64,000 nucleotides of DNA from Macrostomum lignano (taxonomy: Eukaryota): NCBI GenBank assembly GCA_002269645.1, contig NIVC01000816.1, positions 1-64,000 of the forward strand. The letters run 5' to 3'. The notes under the pieces are model-generated. The model saw only the letters and a program-made list of their open reading frames with translations, did not search any database and was not told where the DNA came from. Below are positions 57,901 to 64,000 of the stretch, one piece after another. Each line of letters begins with the position of its first letter. Within the stretch, counting starts at the first letter, position 1. Made by a program: the position numbers and the translations under genes.

Positions 57901-59605
57901 TGGGGTTTGTCAATGCAGGTAGAGGTTGGCGGACTCGGATTTGCTCGCGGGGGTTGATGTGTGCATTAAAAGTTGGTTTCTTGCTAACTGGGGCGGCATG
58001 GATGACGTAATCGAAGAAGAGAGGGGTTTTGAAGTTTAATATATGGTCTGTGCTGTGGAAAGGTCTGTCTGTACACTGAAAATGGAGAGAGGGTCGAAAT
58101 TCCTTGGCATTTAGAAGGGGGGACAGAGAAAACAGGGGCGAGTGTTAAAATTTAGCTCGATTTGTTATGGGGTCTGCGCTGTGTCTGGTGAACATCGGAG
58201 GGGTGGCTGTTTTCGAACAGGGTTGAATTTGACTATGGTCCGAGTTAAAGGGTGATTCAACATTCAGTATAGGGGCTTCGAGGGGTGAGGATATACTAGA
58301 GGGAATGGCGATGAGGAGGCCTCCCACACCCACTCAATTCGCGGTGCAGGAGGGTTTGGTAGTACAGGCTATAATTAAGTCTCAACTTGCTGTTGTCTCC
58401 TTACTGTTTTTGCTCTCTTTTTCAATTATTGAAATGAAAATATACGCTTTTCCAATGTGAAAACTATATGAATACAGTCTTTTTCAATAGAATCTTGATT
58501 TGTAACTCTACTAAAGGTAGTAGTGTAATCCGCTACATGTAGGTTTTGAATAATTGACATATAAATAGGAATATGTATATAACGTGGTTTTTAAAACTTG
58601 AATGTTGACTCATTTGGTAGTAGATGAGATTAGTAATTCTCACCTCTGTGTACATGTAGTATTGTACATGTAATTTTGGTGCGCGCGCGCTGGGGATGAC
58701 ACTGTAGATTAATGTAAGTGTACATATAGAATTGGGGATAGACAATTTGGGATATGGAATTAATGTACATATCCAATTTGAGATAGATGGGGATTAATGT
58801 ACATGGAATTAATGTACATATATGAACACATGGATTATTACAACTACATATTGCCATATCACGCTTAGGATAGCGTTTTTGTATACTACGACGAGGGCTG
58901 AATTCTAGAGAGTGAAGTATGGAAGGGGTGGATATAACAGGGTGGATAGCGGCGATTTACAGCGGCTGACTGACTCATCATGCCTCCGCGTGGGGCCGCC
59001 AATTAATTGTGGGAGGCGACAGAATATTTTCTGGATGGGTGGGCGCTACAATTCTGTGCGTACACGAAGTTTGGGTTTGATCGAACAGCTATGGGGTGGG
59101 CGGACGCTACAATTCTGCCAATTTTTGGTATATGGACAGTAAATATGGACAAGTAATAATATGGACAGTTATGGGGTGGGCGGGCGCTACAATTCTGCGC
59201 GTACACCAATTTTGGGATGGACAGTAAATATGGACAGGTAATAATATGGACAGTTATGGGGTGGGCGCTCTAATTCTGTCAATTTTTGGTATATGGACAG
59301 TTAATATGGACAGTTAATTCTGCGTACACCAATGCTGCATTGTGTGGGGATGGGGGCGCGCGTTTCTACGTACAACAACTGTGAAGCGCTAATTATGCGT
59401 ACTATATTGTACTGGTCGTCGCTTCTGTACGATACAGTGTACACTGATTACATGTATAGATTTTACATGAGAGTATAAATGTCTCACATAATGACTCTGG
59501 ACCAATTAGAATCGGTCTAATGTATTTAGATAGGCGTTGAATTTGCATTGGCTCTGACACCCACCTCACCTCCAAAACCCAGCTCTATCTGCACGATACG
59601 TAGTG
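51990..59605. mobile_element. 7.6-kb non-autonomous CACTA/CMC-type foldback transposon with ~3-kb TIRs
   Basis: Termini CACTACG...CGTAGTG; 4-bp TSD CTGT at 51986-51989 and 59606-59609. Arms 51990-54999 and 56593-59605 are near-perfect reverse complements with ~250-bp internal subrepeats. No transposase ORF. Confidence 0.9.
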
Positions 59606-60140
59606 CTGTCGCTCTCGGAACGCATCATCGTAGAACTGTCTCGGGATATCTTGGACCTCAGATACAGGATCTTTTGTGGCACTTGGTTTTGCTCGGCACG
59701 GCTCACTGACTGGTTGCTCCAGAGACACTCTGTTGACAGGCACAGTGCGAGCACAACGCGGTGTTCCCGCTGCGGCTCTGAAGCAGCAGGTGTTGCACCC
59801 ACCATCCAACGCCTTTTCTAGGCGTGGGGAGCTGCTTGCTGTGAAGATTGTGGATCGGCGAGCCTCTGGCCTAAAGACCGTGTACATGCTAGACAGTGCT
59901 GGCACAGTGTGCAAGTTACAAGGGTTCAGCCAGGCGGTCAGGAGCAGCAACTGTTGAAGTCTCAGACAGCTCTAGACTACAACCAAAGCATGGGAGGAGT
60001 GGACAGGATTGAGTTGTGAGCCCTACAAGACAAGTAGAAGAACGCAGAAGTAGTTTTTCAAGCTGGCCTCCTATCTCTTGCTGCAACTTGTTCGCAACTC
60101 CTTTATGGCCTATAAGCACATTGGCGGCAGCAGCAGCAGT

Positions 60141-62031
60141 TTCTGTCTGCGGCAGGCCTGGGGCAGGCCTTTGCTTCGCCAGGGCCTGCCCCAGGGCTCG
60201 GTGCTTGCGCCCTTTCTCTTCCTGCTGTTCATCGATGGCGTGGTCCGGGTGTGCCCGCCCGGAGTCGCTCCGTCCCTGTACGCCGACGACCTCGCCATCC
60301 GCGTCCAGCTCTGTGGCCGCGGCTACCAACTCCCTTCAGGAGGGCCTCGACGCGGTGGCCAGCTGGAGTCGTCAGATGAAGCTGACCCTGAACCCCTCGA
60401 AGAGCGTCGTCACGCTGTTCACGAACTACACCAGCGAAGCCGGCCTTCAGCCCCAGATCCTGCTCGAGGGCTCGCCTCTCGCCGTGGACCCCAACCCGCG
60501 CTTTCTCGGCGTCATCCTCGACAGGACGCTGACCTTCGGCCCCCACGTCCGCGACGTCACCTCCAAAGCCCGCGCCCGCTGCAACGTTTTGGCCGCCCTG
60601 GCTAACCAGGACTGGGGCTGGCGCAAGGAGAAGCTTCGGACCGTCTTCAACGCGCTCATTAAATCTGTGCTGGACTACGCCGCACCGGCCTGGCAGCCGT
60701 GGATCAGCGAATCGCGCCGCGACGAGCTCGAACGGACCCAGAACCGTGCTCTCCGCCGCATCACTGGCCGACTGCAGACATCGCCCGTCGAGGCCCTCCG
60801 GCTAGAGGCCGGAGTCATCAGCTACAAAATGCACTCTAAGTGCCTCATCGCGCGGTCGTGGGAGAAAGCGCTCCGGCTGCCCGCTGACCACCCGCGGCAT
60901 CGTGCCGCCCGCCGCGGGGACCGCCACCCACCGCCTCGTGCGGCCCAGCTGGCGGCTTGCGGCCTCTCAGCTCAGCGAAGTCCTGCCGCCCAGCCTGAGC
61001 AACCGCCAGCCGTTCTTTCCGCCGAGCGCTCCTACTTCCGTCCAGCCTACTTACCGCCTCCGCAGATTCTGCCGCACCCTCCCGTTGTCCGTCACGCCGA
61101 CCGAACCTGACCTCTGCCGCAACGCCGCCATCGACTGCATCCGGGAGCTGACGGCGTCGCTCTCCGCACCGATCTGGGTGGTGTACACCGACGGCTCCGC
61201 CACCGGGGGGATGCTTTCCGGAGGCCACGCTTTTGTGGTTACGGAGGGCGACCCGTCTGCCCCGATCGTCGTCCATGCCGAGGCCCGCCGCGGCTCGCCC
61301 ATTACGTCCAGCTTCGACGAGGAGGTCGCCGGTACCAGCGCCAACACCTCCCCCCCGTCCCTGGTCATCTGCTCGGACAGCCGCAGCATGATCGATGCGC
61401 TCGCCGCCAACAACTGCGGCGTCGGCCTGGCCCTGCAGGCGCTGGCCCTGACGGACGCGGACGTCATCATCCAATGGGTGCCCAGCCACTGCGGCGTCCC
61501 TGGCAATGAGCACGCCGACCGCCTTGCCAAGGAGGGCTGCGCCTTGCCTTCTTCTGCTGCCCCCGTGTCCTTCAACGCCGCCGCCGCCGTCTGCCGTAGA
61601 GTCCTCAGTGACCCGCCGGCGGCCCATGTGCGCATACGGGAGGCTTACCGCCTCGTCTCTCCAGCCCGCGATCGCGAGTCTATCTCCTCGCGTGCTGATC
61701 AAAGACTGCTCGCCCAGCTCCGCACCGGCCATTCCACGGCGCTCAGGGCATATCATACGCCCTGAGCGCCTCTACGCGCTTGCCAGCTACTGCCACACAT
61801 GCTGTCCTGAACCCGGCCGTGCCCGCCACTTGCGCCCGGTGCGCCGAAGCGGACGACACCATCGACCACTGGCTCTGCGACTGCCCGGCCCTTTACACCA
61901 GGCGGACGCAGTTTTTTGGTACTCCTCGGCCCCCGCTGTCGGTCCTGGGTTCGGATCCGGCCGGCGTGGTCGCACTGGCTCGCGCGACCTTGTGCCACGC
62001 GAGGTGCTAGCCTGCAGCAAAGCAAAGCAAA
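60141..62031 (+). mobile_element. 5'-truncated RT-RNase H LINE (I-group-like), frameshifted
   Basis: GLPQGSVLAPFLF, LYADDLAI, RFLGVILDRTLTF; RNase H VYTDGSA and IQWVPSHCGVPGNEHADRLAK; zinc knuckle CARC...TIDHWLCDCP; (GCAAA)3 tail; TSD GCAGCAGCAGT at 60130-60140 and 62032-62042. Confidence 0.9.
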
Positions 62032-62329
62032 GCAGCAGCAGTAGCAGCACCTCGAGCAAAATGTTGCTGCTGCGCTGCATCTGCCAACGCGCTTGCCAGC
62101 TACTGCCACACAGCGACACCCAACAAAGCACTGTCGAATTTGCAATGCTGGCCTGCAGAAGCGAACTGTCTTTCTCTGTGCCGCTTGCAACGGGCAGCCA
62201 AGCTTGTGCCCTGAGCCGTGCTTCAGAGCATGACACGAGGCCCAAAACTAACAGCACATGCTGATGGAGTATGCTGGAACAAGCTGCTTGACACTTTTTT
62301 TACCTGGTTAGCTTCCTTTGTCGCAATTA

Positions 62330-62850
62330 TTTTCATGTTGTTTTCTATACTGTCATGTTGTTTTCTATACCGTCATGCTGTTTTCTATACTGTCATGCTG
62401 TTTTCTATACTGTCATGCTGTTTTCTATGCTGTCATGCAGTTTTCTATGCTGTCATGCTGTTTTCTATGCTGTCATGCTGTTTTCTATACTGTCATGCTG
62501 TTTTCTATACTGTCATGCTGTTTTCTATGCTGTCATGCAGTTTTCTATGCTGTCATGCAGTTTTCTATACCGTCATGCTGTTTTCTATACTGTCATGCTG
62601 TTTTCTATGCTGTCATGCAGTTTTCTATGCTGTCATGCTGTTTTCTATGCTGTCATGCTGTTTTCTATGCTGTCATGCTGTTTTCTATACTGTCATGCTG
62701 TTTTCTATGCTGTCATGCTGTTTTCTATACTGTCATGCTGTTTTCTATACTGTCATGCTGTTTTCTGTACTGTCATGCTGTTTTCTATACTGTCATGCTG
62801 TTTTCTATACTGTCATGCTGTTTTCTATACTGTCATGCTGGTTTTGTGCT
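62330..62850. repeat. 20-bp minisatellite (TGTCATGCTGTTTTCTATAC)n
   Basis: Directly visible. Confidence 0.95.
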
Positions 62851-63428
62851 GTCATGCTGTTTTGTCTCTACTTGTGACGATGCTGTTTTTATACGATTGC
62901 GTTGCTGTTTTCTGTGATATGTTTCTAATAGTATACTACTCGTTTTGTTATATCTCAGGTTGTTAAAGCAAAAAGTCACGTGATTCTAAAATCTAGTCAG
63001 TTCAATTCCCAAAATTTTTCATCGAAGTTTAATTTCCAGTTAAGGGTAAAGCACAACTTCTACTGAATGCAAGTTTGAATGCAAGTTTTTTTTCAAAGCC
63101 GGAAAATGTTCGAGCGATGCATCGAAGTAAAATCAGATGTTTATTTCGTTACTAGTTGGTGAATAAATGAAAATATGCTTTCTCCATTGTAGTAAAGTCG
63201 ATCTTCTAATACGACTATGCTGGAGTGACTCACCGCAGATTATTTTGTTCAAATCATTGATAGTTAAAAGGAATTCGGATAATGCGCTCGTAGTTAAAGC
63301 GCCGATATCAGAAAATGGAGTCACGTCGATATTTAATCTGAAACCTTGAGCGTCATAATGCTGGTCCTGAAGTCAGGCTAATCAGCTACACCTATGAGAC
63401 TTTGCGTCAGTCCTCTCCTCCACAGTCT

Positions 63429-64000
63429 CTAGTTGAGCTCCTTGTCCACAATGAGCTCGCCAAGGCCGCTGCCAGCCTTGTTGAGGCGGGCGATGAGTTC
63501 CCGCAGATCCCGGATGCCCGTCACCTGCTCGGTCAGGAACTCGGACTCGATGAAGTCCACCAGCTGAAAGTTCAAGAATTGAGTAGCAATTTGAGGAATA
63601 TCATGAGGAATACCACGCGCACAGTTATTTGCTATTAAGCTAAAGGTGAGTTTTCGCAGAAAATAAAATAATATGTTAGAATAATAGTCTGCTAAAAATT
63701 ATGGAAGTCGCTGATTGGCTGGCTGGTGGTTGGAACGTCGGGGCGGATGTTGGGGGTGAGTCAGCTGGGGCAACTGACAGCTGACCCAACCAGCCAATCA
63801 ATGACGTGCGTCAGAGTGTAGGCGGATCAGGTGACCAGGGGATCAGGTGACCTGCTGTCAGTCAGTCACCGTTTCGACACCGTGCACCCAATGCACCCAA
63901 TATTTGACATGGTAATTCTGCACCCAATCAGAGCAGCCATCTACAGTAGGACTCACATGCGGGTCGCTCTCCATGTCAGCCCGATCTCGCAGTCTGTACA
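63429..64000 (-). CDS. Ferritin copy 3, 3' part only (last exon 63563-63429 and end of exon 4 from 63957)
   Basis: The last exon is almost identical to that of copy 1 (LVDFIESEFLTEQV...DKELN*); splice sites are intact; the gene continues beyond the window. Confidence 0.85.

Larger units (their letters stand above)
51560..62240 (+). mobile_element. piggyBac (PGBD4-like) transposase relic split by nested insertions
   Basis: Segments ~51560-51989, 59606-60140 and 62043-62240 contain TLLTGTVRA, DYNQSMGGVDR, RNSFMAYK, and the C-terminal Cys-rich domain HCRICNAGLQKRTVFLCAACNGQPSLCPEPCF. The left boundary is approximate. Confidence 0.8.

Noticed and set aside
52386-59209. Short mirrored ORFs in the CACTA arms as a transposase
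   Set aside because: All are under 100 aa, AT-rich, and lack DDE or zinc-finger motifs.

Overview
Eukaryotic (animal) genomic DNA: GC-rich exons, GT-AG introns filled with mini/microsatellites, and AT-rich TE-derived spacers. The style suggests a free-living flatworm such as Macrostomum (inference, not verified). All host genes lie on the minus strand. From left to right they are RTF1 (5 exons, about ten 1-nt frameshifts in this sequence), ATP6AP1/Ac45, MRPL30, an intact 4-exon DyP-type (YfeX-like) peroxidase with a mitochondrial-type presequence, and a tandem array of signal-peptide ferritins (one intact, one N-terminally decayed, one running off the window). The ferritin array is interleaved with TEs: an RTE LINE, a Gypsy integrase relic, a ~2-kb foldback palindrome, an RNase H LINE, and a piggyBac relic. 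The piggyBac relic holds a 7.6-kb CACTA-ended foldback element with ~3-kb TIRs and a second LINE. Best leads: the mitochondrial DyP next to secreted ferritins with an altered ferroxidase centre; the giant CACTA foldback; a hAT MITE carrying 33 nt of 28S rRNA that ends at the R2/Pokey/I-PpoI target; and a possible trans-spliced MRPL30-ATP6AP1-RTF1 operon. Exon boundaries and TSDs were read by eye; repeat boundaries are approximate.
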